Counted from the first letter of the stretch, positions 19,747 to 30,904 are shown. The stretch: DNA of 64,000 bases from an uncultured virus (IMG/VR IMGVR_UViG_3300035698_023758) (IMGVR_UViG_3300035698_023758), one strand, 5' to 3'. The notes: generated by a model from the sequence alone, not told the origin. Numbers and translations: made by a program.

Positions 19747-20097
19747 TTAATGACACCAAACTGATTGACCATTATAAAATTCGGCAAGTTTTTTACCGTC
19801 TTTTCTAAAAATCATTTTACAATCCATATTTAATGGTATATCAATATACTGGTCTTTGGTTGTAAAAACAGATTTCTCGCAAGTTACAAAATATCCACCC
19901 TGTTGTGTTGGTACCACAGAAATGACATTACCATATTCTTTTATATCTTGCGTGTAGTGTTTTCTGTGGTGTTTAAAATATGTTATACTATTATTGATAT
20001 ACCCACCCCAAACATGCATAATTGATATAAGAGTAACAGCTAAAACTGTTTGGACCATTTTTTCCGTGTAAGGTTTCATAATTTTCCTTGTGTGCAT
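19747..20097 (-). CDS. membrane-anchored hypothetical protein
   Basis: N-terminal hydrophobic helix. Confidence 0.5.
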   Translation of the reverse strand: MHTRKIMKPYTEKMVQTVLAVTLISIMHVWGGYINNSITYFKHHRKHYTQDIKEYGNVISVVPTQQGGYFVTCEKSVFTTKDQYIDIPLNMDCKMIFRKDGKKLAEFYNGQSVWCH

Positions 20098-20417
20098 ATA
20101 TTATTGTTAATATAATTGATCGCCGATTTTATAGCATCGGGCTCAGATAATGAGAATACTTTTTGTTTAATAAGTCTACCATCAACTGTTATGGAAAAAT
20201 GCTCTATGGTGATAACAAGACCTAGAATACCATCATATTCATACATACAATACTTGACAATAGGGTAAAGAGTTATCATGTTTTTTAATAATAAGTCATT
20301 TCTTAGATGGCTAGATATTTGTTCAAAAAGTTTTTCTGGCACACACTTAATTTTTGGGGCCTCGCTAACTTTTTCTAATTCATGATATGTCACATCTTTG
20401 ACACTTCTTTTTGCCAT
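20076..20417 (-). CDS. LSDP-family small protein
   Basis: VFSLSEPDAIKSAI. Confidence 0.6.
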   Translation of the reverse strand: MAKRSVKDVTYHELEKVSEAPKIKCVPEKLFEQISSHLRNDLLLKNMITLYPIVKYCMYEYDGILGLVITIEHFSITVDGRLIKQKVFSLSEPDAIKSAINYINNNICTQGKL

Positions 20418-21034
20418 TTTCTCACCATATTGGTTATTCGGTTCATTTTAAATTGTTTGACACTAAAGCATGCGTATGGGAGTGGCTTTCGTTCAATAGA
20501 TATGCTATTTTTTGATACAGTACACATGAAAGTTCTTTTGGACTCATAATTATCACGTGGCGGGTTGCTTAAATGATCAACCATTATTTTTGGGATATAC
20601 TGAGCAGAAGTTGTGGATTCCCAATATCCATAATACCTAATTGAAAAATGATTTGATTTGTTATTTCGAAGACAATTTTTAACATTGTCAAAAATGCTTA
20701 ATGCTATTAGTTCATGTTTTTTCATGCTTGCTTTAATGTTGCGAGCCGCAAGATCAGAAATCTTAAGCATATTCTGGATACAACTAGCAACGCTTAAATG
20801 GGCTTGATATCTGTCGGCTAGTTTATTGTCTCCATGTATGTTGCGAGTTGAATGGTCAACTTTAATATCCATGAAGCAATCTTCGATGTTTACAGTTATA
20901 TTATTTCGACAATTTGGAGTAATTGCAAAAGTGAAACTATTAACGTCAACTTGATATACTGGAGAATAGTATGCTAAACCAATTTTGTCAAGAATAGCTT
21001 TTTGCAGTTCTGCAACAAGTGTTTCGCCACGCAT
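20390..21034 (-). CDS. probable two-domain LSDP-family protein
   Basis: QAHLSVASCIQNML, then a second helix-strand repeat. Confidence 0.5.
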   Translation of the reverse strand: MRGETLVAELQKAILDKIGLAYYSPVYQVDVNSFTFAITPNCRNNITVNIEDCFMDIKVDHSTRNIHGDNKLADRYQAHLSVASCIQNMLKISDLAARNIKASMKKHELIALSIFDNVKNCLRNNKSNHFSIRYYGYWESTTSAQYIPKIMVDHLSNPPRDNYESKRTFMCTVSKNSISIERKPLPYACFSVKQFKMNRITNMVRKWQKEVSKM

Positions 21035-21952
21035 TTAAATCTCATATTCATATGTTACATTGTTATCGTTGTTTTTGATGACGACAAGTGTTTTTTCTGA
21101 TGATGAAAAATGTTTGAAAATTTTTAGGATTTTTTTAGATTTTGAAATTGCCTGTTTTTTATTTGCGGCGATAATTGTAAATAATCGCGGTTCTTCTGAC
21201 TCCAAGGATGTTGCCTCATAATCATCACCACGTTGCGAATAAATCACACGATTGTCAAAAAAATCTTCAAATAATGATCGACTCATCTTATCATCTTTTG
21301 CTATTTCTATTGTTTTTTTAACAAACGTCTGTATTTTTACAATATGCTTTTTACCAGCCGGAAACTTTGTTTCAGACTTTGGGAATTTTGCTGGTTTATC
21401 AAAGTATGCTGTTAATGTAAGATTATCTGGGGCATGGTCTTGTAGCATCTTTCTTGAAATCATATCAGCATGTGTTGCCGGTGAGTAAAACACTCTATCT
21501 GCGTTATGATCGATATCGCAATAATCTGGTGCATATGGGCAATCTTTTCTTGGAATCCAACCGTTTTTACCCTTAATAGGTTTCCCAAGCCATATGATAT
21601 TGTTATTACTGTCTGTGATCGATGGGATTGGATCGTTTGATAGTGTAACATCGTAAAAATAAAGAGAAATATTACCATTGCGATATTTTTTCTGTGTGTA
21701 GATATTGTAATATTCATCCCAATATGCTGTTTTATGAGCATATGTTGCTCTTACTTGATCTTTGTTATCAACGATATTTGAATACATGCAATGATCTGTG
21801 GCCTGTGTTTTCCAACCTTCTGACATTGAAACTCTAATTTCATTTTCATTAATGTCTTCAATCTTGCAAATTCCCAATCCGTTTAATTCTTCCATAACTT
21901 TAGTCGATGGTCTTGAGATTTTATGTGTCATTATCGTCATCTTCATCCTCAT
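21035..21952 (-). CDS. hypothetical protein
   Basis: 305-aa ORF. Confidence 0.65.
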   Translation of the reverse strand: MRMKMTIMTHKISRPSTKVMEELNGLGICKIEDINENEIRVSMSEGWKTQATDHCMYSNIVDNKDQVRATYAHKTAYWDEYYNIYTQKKYRNGNISLYFYDVTLSNDPIPSITDSNNNIIWLGKPIKGKNGWIPRKDCPYAPDYCDIDHNADRVFYSPATHADMISRKMLQDHAPDNLTLTAYFDKPAKFPKSETKFPAGKKHIVKIQTFVKKTIEIAKDDKMSRSLFEDFFDNRVIYSQRGDDYEATSLESEEPRLFTIIAANKKQAISKSKKILKIFKHFSSSEKTLVVIKNNDNNVTYEYEI

Positions 21953-22208
21953 ATATCCAAAATAGTAATCTTTTTATTTTATAATACAATTTAGGATCAC
22001 CTAAATAATACTTTTCAATTTTTCTTCCGCCCGGCGTAAGTGAAGCTATTCTACCACCAATATGAATGTAATCATCAAAAAACATAACAAGTATCTTATG
22101 GCTATTTGTTATCCATAAGAATTTATTATGTTTTATTTTCCTTGATTCTATACCAAGCTGATTAGATATCCCATTCGACACAGCATCATACACATTAGAA
22201 TCATTCAT
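21921..22208 (-). CDS. LSDP-family small protein
   Basis: KYYLGDPKLYYKIK; promoter motif at 22237-22263. Confidence 0.6.
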   Translation of the reverse strand: MNDSNVYDAVSNGISNQLGIESRKIKHNKFLWITNSHKILVMFFDDYIHIGGRIASLTPGGRKIEKYYLGDPKLYYKIKRLLFWIYEDEDDDNDT

Positions 22209-22566
22209 TACGCTACCGGAGATTAATTTAAATTCGTGTTACAAATTAAAATACTATTGTTAATCTGGGTCTTCAATATAACCCAATATGAAATTTAATA
22301 TTTGTTGTATACTTGTTGGTGTTGTTAAATCAAATTCTTTAAAATGGTTATTTGAATTATTGTCAACAACTTAAAATTCATCATCGACGCATCCTCACAT
22401 GCGTAATACGCGACAACAAATATTGCCTTATTGTTTTTACGAATTTTTAAACCATAATCTTTAAAGTTTTTAATATCCAATGTGTATGATGAAAGTCTAT
22501 ATTGCAGCATACTTATCATCATATTTATTGTTATTAATTTAGAAACCATACTGTATGTTTTATCAT

Positions 22567-22911
22567 CTATTCATCGCTTAAAGAAAAGCCGATAAAATCA
22601 TCAACACTATCTGGTTTATTAATATCGAAGGACTGTTTAGATTCTTTTAAGTGACTAACATACCAAAAACCATAACTATCTAATGATGTTTTTTCCTGTG
22701 TTTCATAATACGTCATTTTCTTATTAATATGTAAAAAATGCCCAAGCAATTCCATGTTGATCTCATAGATCTTATATTCTAAAGCATGCTTGGAAAAGCT
22801 TTCTATTATCACAGATGCTTTATCATGACTATATTTATTTAATTTGGTAACATTATCTGTCTTGCTAGCATACTTTAATAAAGAATCACGTAAGGATAAA
22901 ATTAATGTCAT
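22567..22911 (-). CDS. LSDP-family small protein
   Basis: SFDINKPDSVDDFI. Confidence 0.6.
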   Translation of the reverse strand: MTLILSLRDSLLKYASKTDNVTKLNKYSHDKASVIIESFSKHALEYKIYEINMELLGHFLHINKKMTYYETQEKTSLDSYGFWYVSHLKESKQSFDINKPDSVDDFIGFSLSDE

Positions 22912-22921
22912 GATTGATCAA

Positions 22922-23198
22922 CTAAAAAATCGTATTAAAATCTGGACTTTGAACATTAAACTCTTTGCATCTGTCTCTGAGTGCGATGTTTTAATAATCG
23001 TTGATATATTTGTAAGTATAAGAAATGCTGTTGTTAAATCAGAAAAGAACTGAATCACAAATGGCTATTGGAACTGATGCTGATTACATAATGATTGAAC
23101 ATACAAGTATGACATTACGTATACCTATGTGATCCTGAGTGTTTTAATAAAGTAATAAAGATTTTTAATATGACACCTCTGCGTACTTTTGATTCCAT
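22922..23198 (-). pseudogene. probable decayed or frameshifted LSDP-family copy
   Basis: MESKVRRGV start and EFNVQSPDF motif separated by stops/frameshifts. Confidence 0.3.
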
Positions 23199-23199
23199 T

Positions 23200-23625
23200 T
23201 CAATGTCGATATCCAAACTCATGTATTAATCTCTTCATTTCTTTTATAACGATTTTAAAACAATCTGGTTCAGATAATTTAATAGTTTTAATAAGTTCAC
23301 TACTAGCTTTTTTATTACTCGTTTCGAATTTATTAATCTTAATAAAGTCATAAGCATTTAACAACTGCGGGTCATCATATAATAATATGCTTAATTGTGG
23401 CCATTCTGATTTATTTAAAAAAACTCCCATTTCAGCCTCTGGCAAACTTTTTGGAATAAATATTATAAGACGGTGTGAGACAATACCAGATATAATATCT
23501 TCTTCGCTAAAATATTCAGATTGTCTTGATAATCTAGGGTATCTTTTAACCACATCTTTCCATATTGAATGTAACACCATACCGCTGATAGTGTTTTTCA
23601 TACTGTTTATATCTTTATCGTTCAT
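23200..23625 (-). CDS. LSDP-family small protein
   Basis: TIKLSEPDCFKIVI. Confidence 0.65.
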   Translation of the reverse strand: MNDKDINSMKNTISGMVLHSIWKDVVKRYPRLSRQSEYFSEEDIISGIVSHRLIIFIPKSLPEAEMGVFLNKSEWPQLSILLYDDPQLLNAYDFIKINKFETSNKKASSELIKTIKLSEPDCFKIVIKEMKRLIHEFGYRH

Positions 23626-23733
23626 ATTATATCTGTTACAAGACTTTTATTATGTATTAAATGAAATACATAAAAATTAACAATAAGATTTTGGTTTATA
23701 ACAAATATCAAGATTTTTTATAAGGAAATTCCA

Positions 23734-24879
23734 ATGGCAAAAAGTAAAGTGTTTATACCAGAAAAGTGTCGAGCAGGATTCCAACACCGAGAGGATACAT
23801 TTACTAATAAATTGGCGTATGTGATTTATTATGATGCTTTCAACAAAATCAGAAAAGAACAAAGTTGGAAAAATTGGTGTCATCTACCTAAAGAACATGG
23901 TGGTGGAAATAATACATATTGGAGAGATAGAAAACAGCACACAATTGAAGGCATTGACCCATTTGACTTTGATAATGAGCCAACAGATGGATTTATGTTA
24001 AATAAAGGTATTCAAAGGTACAACTGGTCTAACTACGGTAGTGGCCGATCAATGTGCAGAATATACGACCCACGAGGAATAGAGTTTGAAATAACTCTTG
24101 AAAACCTGATCGGTATTTTAATGCATACAGACTGCTCCAAACGAGAGATTCAAGGTAAATTGGTTTACGCTTGGTGTAACCGAGAACTCATGTTATTGCC
24201 ATGTGCCAGCGTAGAATATGAAGCCGCTAAAAATTACACTAAATTACAAGCTAAAAAAGTTGGTGCACGTGAATTACAAGAAGGGCTAACATATGTAACA
24301 AAAAAGGAAGAACACCTCATATACCTTGGAAGACACATGTATTATGAAATTATCGATAAATCTTCGAGGCGTGAAGATCCAAAGCGTGTCGGTAAAAAGC
24401 AGTATATTTTTTGTGATCTTGATGGCAAATTCACGGCAATTAAAAATATACCGCTAACTATAGCCGCTATTTCAGACAATCATTGTCACGAAAATTATTC
24501 AAATCTAGTTGATTGTTATTTAGCAAGTGAGATAAGCAGTAGAATCATCAAATGGATTGAAAAACCCATTGATCAAAAAGAATTTGATAATTGGGAACCT
24601 AAAAAAATAATTAACGCTCATACTAACATCCATGGGAAACGTTATTCGGTAAGTATTTCTGAAAATTTTAGACGTGCAATGTCGTTTAGAAATACTATTA
24701 ATAAGCGTGAAGATGATGGTGAAACCAAACTATGGTTTCGTTGTGACAAAATTATTAATGCAGATGGAGCAACTAAATGGGTTCGCTCGTATGATGATGA
24801 ACATCCAGTGAGTGATAAATCTAATTTTTTTCACCTTTATGCCGAACTTGAAAACGGCCTTTCTAAGAAATGGGTATGA
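23734..24879 (+). CDS. large-phage-type hypothetical protein
   Basis: AAGGA SD; LAYVIYYD..IRKEQSW and YDPRGIEFEITLENL segments. Confidence 0.75.
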   Translation: MAKSKVFIPEKCRAGFQHREDTFTNKLAYVIYYDAFNKIRKEQSWKNWCHLPKEHGGGNNTYWRDRKQHTIEGIDPFDFDNEPTDGFMLNKGIQRYNWSNYGSGRSMCRIYDPRGIEFEITLENLIGILMHTDCSKREIQGKLVYAWCNRELMLLPCASVEYEAAKNYTKLQAKKVGARELQEGLTYVTKKEEHLIYLGRHMYYEIIDKSSRREDPKRVGKKQYIFCDLDGKFTAIKNIPLTIAAISDNHCHENYSNLVDCYLASEISSRIIKWIEKPIDQKEFDNWEPKKIINAHTNIHGKRYSVSISENFRRAMSFRNTINKREDDGETKLWFRCDKIINADGATKWVRSYDDEHPVSDKSNFFHLYAELENGLSKKWV

Positions 24880-25315
24880 CAATGGCAAAAAATCAAGCAT
24901 TATCGATGATAAAGTTGCAAAACTTATGGAGACAGTGCAAAATAAACGAAGATCAATCGCTACTTTAACCAAACCATCATGGTTAACAAATTGTAGTCTT
25001 GTTTTACCAGGATTTGAGCGGATTAATATACAGATCGAGAAAAATTTGTCCCTGCTTGCGATAGCTATCGGGACTCTTTCTAGAATGAAGGATGACACCA
25101 CAGTTGTCATGAAAGATCTTCAAATTGATATCCCAATTAAGTGGCAAAATTACTTGATTGATGATTGGATTACGGATCTCAGTCTTCGGATCAAAGCCAC
25201 TCAAATTAAAGAAGAACAGACAAAATTGAAAAATCTCGAAATTAAATTACAGCCATTATTAAGCGAAGATCAGCGTCGTGAAATGGCTTTAGCCGAAATT
25301 GAAAAGCAATTATAG
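24812..25315 (+). CDS. coiled-coil hypothetical protein (true start probably ~24882, with a homopolymer frameshift)
   Basis: ATGGCA+A-run is one A short of reading MAKKSSIIDDKV. Confidence 0.55.
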   Translation: MINLIFFTFMPNLKTAFLRNGYDNGKKSSIIDDKVAKLMETVQNKRRSIATLTKPSWLTNCSLVLPGFERINIQIEKNLSLLAIAIGTLSRMKDDTTVVMKDLQIDIPIKWQNYLIDDWITDLSLRIKATQIKEEQTKLKNLEIKLQPLLSEDQRREMALAEIEKQL

Positions 25316-26587
25316 AATTTGAGACAACCAGAATTTAAATTCCTTTGGGTTTTTTCTTTCAAAGGCATACCATGTTCTATGCGGCTTTGAATCTTCATTG
25401 CCCGCATAGTCTTTAAACTTCTCGATTATATTCCAGTCTTGAGAAAAAGCATCTAAAAATCCTTGCAAAGACCAATTTTGAGACCAATTCTTAACATGGG
25501 GATCTTCTTTATCAATATACTCTATGAAAATATACCTTCGAGATAATTTATTATATAAGTCAACTTGCCATTTAAAGTCTTTGTTTTGTCTGCATAAATG
25601 ATGCATAACAGACGACACTATTATACAATCTGATTCTAACCTATCAGTCCAATATATCACTTCTTTTGTAACAACTTTTCGTAATGGTTCCAAATCTTCA
25701 GTTAAGTTAATATCATAAAATGTCACAGATGAATCATGCTTTTTAGCATGTAAAAATCCTTTTGTTATAGCATTTTTAGAATTGTCTATGCAACAAATTT
25801 TAGTATTATATGATTCTAATGCAAATGAGTTATACCCATCATTTCCACCAACATCTAGAATTGTTTTAATATCTAATTTAGATATATTCATTTTCAACCA
25901 ATTGGTTTCTTTATCGTAAATTGGTTTATGTGGGATTGGGAGTGGCCTCTTATTATAATCATCCCATATGTTATCATTTTCAGATATATTACATAATTTT
26001 GATAATTCTTCCCAGGATTCTAATTTATCTGGTTGGAGATTTTTTAGTAGTTTTTCAAATTCTGTTCCAACATATTGTCTTAAAAGCGTTTCCTTTATTA
26101 ACCCGTAAGCCGACCCCTTTTGGACCCCCACCGACCCTATGTCGACTAAAAGAGGGCGAGAACCGGCAAAGGAGAAGTTTCCAAAGCATGGTTCTTGACA
26201 CATCATTGGCCATAGGATTATATTAATCTTAGAGCACGCTTTCAAAAATTCAACATGATGAATATTTGTCCATATTTTCCCACATTTTTGATAGAATAAT
26301 GTAAATGGATTATATTCTGATTTATAAATTATCCTATTTCTTGCTCTTTCTTGGCCAAAATAACATGGAAAATCATCTGGATTAATGTCTGTTTTAACAA
26401 ACTTAGAAATCAATCTCTTTTCGACTAATTCCAAGTATTTATCAGAATTTAGAAATTTTGGAACATGTCTCCATCGTTGATTTATTGATACTTTTGGAAT
26501 TGCTCTATAGACTGATTTACCATCAGTATAGGTTTCACATTCATCAAGACCACCACCAATGAAATATAAATTTTTCATACCTACCAT
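25310..26587 (-). CDS. class I SAM-dependent methyltransferase with N-terminal extension
   Basis: TILDVGGNDG, IDNS, SSVMHHL motifs. Confidence 0.75.
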   Translation of the reverse strand: MVGMKNLYFIGGGLDECETYTDGKSVYRAIPKVSINQRWRHVPKFLNSDKYLELVEKRLISKFVKTDINPDDFPCYFGQERARNRIIYKSEYNPFTLFYQKCGKIWTNIHHVEFLKACSKINIILWPMMCQEPCFGNFSFAGSRPLLVDIGSVGVQKGSAYGLIKETLLRQYVGTEFEKLLKNLQPDKLESWEELSKLCNISENDNIWDDYNKRPLPIPHKPIYDKETNWLKMNISKLDIKTILDVGGNDGYNSFALESYNTKICCIDNSKNAITKGFLHAKKHDSSVTFYDINLTEDLEPLRKVVTKEVIYWTDRLESDCIIVSSVMHHLCRQNKDFKWQVDLYNKLSRRYIFIEYIDKEDPHVKNWSQNWSLQGFLDAFSQDWNIIEKFKDYAGNEDSKPHRTWYAFERKNPKEFKFWLSQIL

Positions 26588-26853
26588 TTTTTCCTAGTGC
26601 AAAGTTCATAGATGGTTTGAAAACATTTAGGATCTGCTGTGTTAAATGCGTAAGAAAGTTCTTTTGGTTCACCCAATTTATACTGCATTATGTTATATTT
26701 TTCATTTTTAACAGTTATAACAGAATATATTTTACTTGTTCTTACAGAAACATATGGATTAGCAGTTGTTGTGTATAAGCTTGCGGCTATTTTCCCATCG
26801 ACAAAATAATTATAAATCGCAGAAAGAAGAACTATCTCAAATTTATTTGTTAT
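26581..26853 (-). CDS. LSDP-family small protein (ATA start; missed by the ORF track)
   Basis: 90-codon open frame overlapping the Pth2 stop (ATAA), ending YAFNTADPKCFQTIYELC. Confidence 0.45.
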   Translation of the reverse strand: MTNKFEIVLLSAIYNYFVDGKIAASLYTTTANPYVSVRTSKIYSVITVKNEKYNIMQYKLGEPKELSYAFNTADPKCFQTIYELCTRKKW

Positions 26854-27206
26854 AGTAATGGTAAATGCCCAGTGATAACATCAATCTTTGAGACTTCATG
26901 TGGTCCAATGGCAACACATGTGTTTGTTGGAATACCATCAAATTCAGTCCTGCCACTATCTGTTATTAAATGTGTGGTAAGACCAGCCATTCTTGATTTA
27001 TTATAAATATACAATAATTCTTCTTCTGTTTTTACCACAACACAAATCTTTGGATAATCGTTATTTACCCATATATATTCTTCTTCTGTAAGCGATCTTC
27101 CATAATTTTCAAGCAAGAAAGCTGATGCCGCATGCCCTCCTTGTGATACCATTTTCCCTTTGCGTATGTTTAACTTACGCATTACAATTACTTGTTTAGT
27201 TTCCAT
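26850..27206 (-). CDS. pth2: peptidyl-tRNA hydrolase, Pth2 family
   Basis: KQVIVMRK..KGKMVSQGGHA, KICVVV, ITDSGRTE, TCVAIGP, ITGHLPLL. Confidence 0.93.
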   Translation of the reverse strand: METKQVIVMRKLNIRKGKMVSQGGHAASAFLLENYGRSLTEEEYIWVNNDYPKICVVVKTEEELLYIYNKSRMAGLTTHLITDSGRTEFDGIPTNTCVAIGPHEVSKIDVITGHLPLL

Positions 27207-28414
27207 TTTTTGATTCTTTTCATTAAGTCGTTTTTAAATTTTAAAAAATCTATTTTAATTGGTTGTGGGTTATTGTGGTCATTTATATCATTATGTATAG
27301 CAAATAAACATGTTGCAACAGTTATTATAACAGTCGCCATAAAAATGATTATAATAGCGACCATTGGTAAATCAACATCAAGATAACTGAATTCTTCAAA
27401 GTGTTTGCGTTTCCAAAGTTTCTTGGATTTATCAGCAATAAAATGAATAGTCTTTTTAAGATCAAGGTCCTTTTGATCATTAATAAAGTCTTTAATTTCA
27501 ATTTTTAAAACATCATTACCAGCATAACCATCAGGGGACCAACAAAATGAGTTACACCATATTGGATTGTTATTATCATCAATCGAGATACACGTAACAA
27601 GTTCATTTTTGTTGCCGCCTTTCCACAACGATTCTTGATTTAAACCTGTTTCAAATGGTTCATTTTTGAAGATAATTAACCATAATCTTAATTGGTATTG
27701 TGCACCCATTTTAGCATTATGAAATTGCAGCAATTTGTTAGCATCTGATTTTTGCGGGTGATTTCCAAGGATTGGTGGGTCATCAAATCTGTTAGGAAGA
27801 TCGGGGTATTGAAATAAGTGTTTTATTTCTTTTTCACTTAAACTTTTAAATTCATAAATTCCACGGTTTGCTTGCACTCTATTTTCATATGAATATTCTG
27901 AAAAAACTGGAGTTAAAGTTTTATCATCATTATCCCATTTGCTTGAATACATGTCACCATCGTCGGAGTAATAACTTCGATGCTGATCAACAAACACATT
28001 ATTACCAAATTTGCTTTTAATTAAATTATAAAAATCCTTGTCGATTCTTATTTTTTCATTATTGCTTCCATACGCTATCCATTTTTCAGGATGATAGTCT
28101 CTATATGAGCAATCATATGTTTCTGTGCAATATTGCGGTCTACCGTCAGAATCAGTGCCGCATTGATATTGTCTAGTACATGTTTGGGTGATCCATTCAT
28201 CCCAATCTTCATAATACCTAGCTTCAACGATCCACCCTCCGTGTCTTTCAAAATCGCGAGTCATTACTGATTCTGAACATGCTGATACAAGTGGGATTAT
28301 GATTAATACTGGTAAGAATGGTATAAACAATTCCCACCATGTGACTCTATGTGGAAATAGAATCCTCATGAAGGGAATTGAAACGATTGGTATTAATAAT
28401 GCTAGCCATTCCAT
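27188..28414 (-). CDS. phage membrane protein
   Basis: N- and C-terminal TM helices; WKGGNKNELV segment. Confidence 0.75.
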   Translation of the reverse strand: MEWLALLIPIVSIPFMRILFPHRVTWWELFIPFLPVLIIIPLVSACSESVMTRDFERHGGWIVEARYYEDWDEWITQTCTRQYQCGTDSDGRPQYCTETYDCSYRDYHPEKWIAYGSNNEKIRIDKDFYNLIKSKFGNNVFVDQHRSYYSDDGDMYSSKWDNDDKTLTPVFSEYSYENRVQANRGIYEFKSLSEKEIKHLFQYPDLPNRFDDPPILGNHPQKSDANKLLQFHNAKMGAQYQLRLWLIIFKNEPFETGLNQESLWKGGNKNELVTCISIDDNNNPIWCNSFCWSPDGYAGNDVLKIEIKDFINDQKDLDLKKTIHFIADKSKKLWKRKHFEEFSYLDVDLPMVAIIIIFMATVIITVATCLFAIHNDINDHNNPQPIKIDFLKFKNDLMKRIKKWKLNK

Positions 28415-28956
28415 TAGTTTTTATTTTCAAATAAGTTAACTTCGTTATCTTCACCAGCCGAAAACGCTTCATTGGTTTTACTTGATGTGACGATAATGGC
28501 TTCCAATTTTTCTCTTCCACCAACAAAAATGCTGGATGGCAATTCTGTTAGGATATTGTCGTGTTGTTCTACAATGTTCAATAACTTTTGCTGATCCCTA
28601 TGAAATGATTCACGTTGTGACTCAATTGTTGTCATTAATTTTTTGAATAATTCTGGGGAAATATCGATTTTTGATTGTGTGAAAAAACTAGCTAATTTTC
28701 CTTCTCCAGCAATCCCTTTCTGCTCACTCATAATGTCAGTAAATGCTTCTTTAAATGAGTCACGTTCTCTTTCTGACACTTGTGCGTTCTGTTGAATGAT
28801 TTTCCATGTTTTATCAAAGCTTGATTCGTTCGCTTTTTGTTGTGCCTTGAATTTGTTTCGCAATGATACTTCTGTATTATGTGCTCCCATATACATAATC
28901 AAAACGAAAAACGCTGACAAGAATACGGTTCCTAAAATTGCTAAAATTGTCTTCAT
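28414..28956 (-). CDS. membrane-anchored coiled-coil (LemA-like) protein
   Basis: N-terminal TM, coiled coil, LPSSIF near the C-terminus; coupled to the downstream membrane gene. Confidence 0.65.
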   Translation of the reverse strand: MKTILAILGTVFLSAFFVLIMYMGAHNTEVSLRNKFKAQQKANESSFDKTWKIIQQNAQVSERERDSFKEAFTDIMSEQKGIAGEGKLASFFTQSKIDISPELFKKLMTTIESQRESFHRDQQKLLNIVEQHDNILTELPSSIFVGGREKLEAIIVTSSKTNEAFSAGEDNEVNLFENKN

Positions 28957-29178
28957 ACGTAGGGTCCTATTGCCTTATTGTTATACTTGTTTTTATTTTT
29001 AATGATTGGTGTGGCTTTACATCCACACATTGGGGCTACTGCAGCCCCAATCTTAATAACAATCATTATCAAAGAATGGCTCAAAATATTTGAACAGATT
29101 ATTCTCTAATATTGTTACATGTTTTGGGATTATTGTTAAATATCAAAGATGCCTCATTATTTATAAAATACAGAAAAA

Positions 29179-29655
29179 TTAGCTCATGACTTTCCATATT
29201 GCACCAGTTATAGCCACAACAGATGCTAAAGCTACTATAAATATTATATACCTACCATTGCTAAAGTGTATGCGTAGATCATTAGATGGCGGTACTTTTA
29301 AATATTTTTCAGTTATTCTTATGGCCTTGTTTATACTACTTGGATCAGATAGATCTATTTTATGATTTTCAGTTGGATGCATACCATAATCGCTGTTGAT
29401 GTTTATTATTAGTATTGTCATATAATCATCAGTTATCCAGGCTTCTAATTTATAATTATTATTGTCAGCTTGGATTTCTAAAGTAGTTGATTCATATTCA
29501 GATATTGGTGTATGTCTTGGGTTCCATCTAATTTTTGTCCATAATTTAACATTCCCATGCACTTTACTGGTTTTAGATACTAAGTATAATGGATAAAGTG
29601 CGGCATAATCATGTACTTGGCACTTATCTCTATCGACAGAATTTACTGCTTGCAT
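29179..29655 (-). CDS. LSDP-family protein with C-terminal TM helix
   Basis: KIDLSDPSSINKAI followed by a TM segment. Confidence 0.65.
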   Translation of the reverse strand: MQAVNSVDRDKCQVHDYAALYPLYLVSKTSKVHGNVKLWTKIRWNPRHTPISEYESTTLEIQADNNNYKLEAWITDDYMTILIININSDYGMHPTENHKIDLSDPSSINKAIRITEKYLKVPPSNDLRIHFSNGRYIIFIVALASVVAITGAIWKVMS

Positions 29656-29667
29656 ATTGGTCGCCCA

Positions 29668-30206
29668 TTAGATCCCTAAATTTTTAAATTTACTAATTAA
29701 AATCGATATGGGCTTATTTTTACCAGAGTATTGAGATAATAACCAATTTATTAATTCTATACTTTTCTTTTTATATTTCTCTTTTAATTTTCCGGCTTTC
29801 ATTCTTTTATTTAAATTGTCATGCCTATCGCATAATTTGACCAATATGATAATATTTTTCAGATCCTCATCATTGACTTTTTGTAATTCCGATTGTATAT
29901 GCAATAGTGGTTGGTTTTGGTGTTTGTTGTTAAATTTTTCATCCTGGCTAAGACTTTGAATTACATTAATAATAGAATTTGGTAGTCCAAGTTCTTCGAT
30001 ATGCCGGTTTAATTTTGTTATATCACCGCCATTTTCAAGGTAATCGTGTAATAATCCCGAATATACACCAATCTTGCCAGATTTAATACTGTTTAAAAGT
30101 TCAGCTACTCTTTTGGAATGCTTTTGTTTATGCTTTGGTAATAAATCTAATCTATGCTTCCAATAGCCCTATCCAAGTTAAGTTCAGTTATTAATTGCAA
30201 CTTCAT
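29668..30206 (-). pseudogene. HD-domain phosphohydrolase (RelA/SpoT-hydrolase/Mesh1-like), with a 1-nt frameshift near 30160
   Basis: HSKRVA...GLLHDYLE...LVKLCDRHDNL in one frame; the N-terminus MKLQLITE (ATG 30206) is in the adjacent frame. Confidence 0.7.
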
Positions 30207-30315
30207 GCTTTAGATTTGATCAAGTGATAATCCTTATGAATGTTAGGTGCTAATATACATAGATAGTTTCACTAATGATCAATCAATTAAAATTGCGACA
30301 GAGCCTCTTTATGTG

Positions 30316-30636
30316 TTATTCCCCGTATTGTTTTTTAGACGCTCTGCCGACAAGCAAAATATCATTCTTACCCAAGTCACAAATAGCGACTGGTGAGTCC
30401 TTGTCCAGAACCCACAAAGTCCTACTTGATCTTTCAGATTCAAAGTTTGGGCCATTGATAGTAAACCAGTTATGATCATACAAAACAGCCGACGCCGTTT
30501 TTAGCATTTCACATTCTTTATTAGCGTCAATTGTTTCTTGTCTTAAATTATTTATAAGTTTTTGTGCCCATTGTGGTAATCTTTTTTCTCTACTCATCAC
30601 CACTATGGGGTTATGTTTATCGATCAAGTTACTCAT
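30316..30636 (-). CDS. hypothetical protein
   Basis: AGGAG SD; RLPQWAQKLI segment. Confidence 0.65.
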   Translation of the reverse strand: MSNLIDKHNPIVVMSREKRLPQWAQKLINNLRQETIDANKECEMLKTASAVLYDHNWFTINGPNFESERSSRTLWVLDKDSPVAICDLGKNDILLVGRASKKQYGE

Positions 30637-30904
30637 ATTTTACTCCTAATAATTCATATAAAAATTCTTCTAATGCCTTAAAGTATTTTGAGTCAGCTAA
30701 ATCACATTTTTATTACTTTTTGAGAATGTAATAAAATACTCAATTATTACATTCGTGATATCCTTATCGCAATCATAGCAACTAAAATAATGGACTTGTG
30801 ATGTAGGATTTTTTAATTTTGTGCGTTTCTTTTTTAATGCCTTTTTTTCTTTGCTTGTTAATCGTTTATTATTATTCTTTTTTCTTTTAGCGATTGACAA
30901 TATT

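Noticed and set aside
24876..24900. Programmed frameshift at the start of 24812-25315
   Set aside because: A single missing A in a homopolymer is more simply an assembly indel; cannot be resolved without reads.
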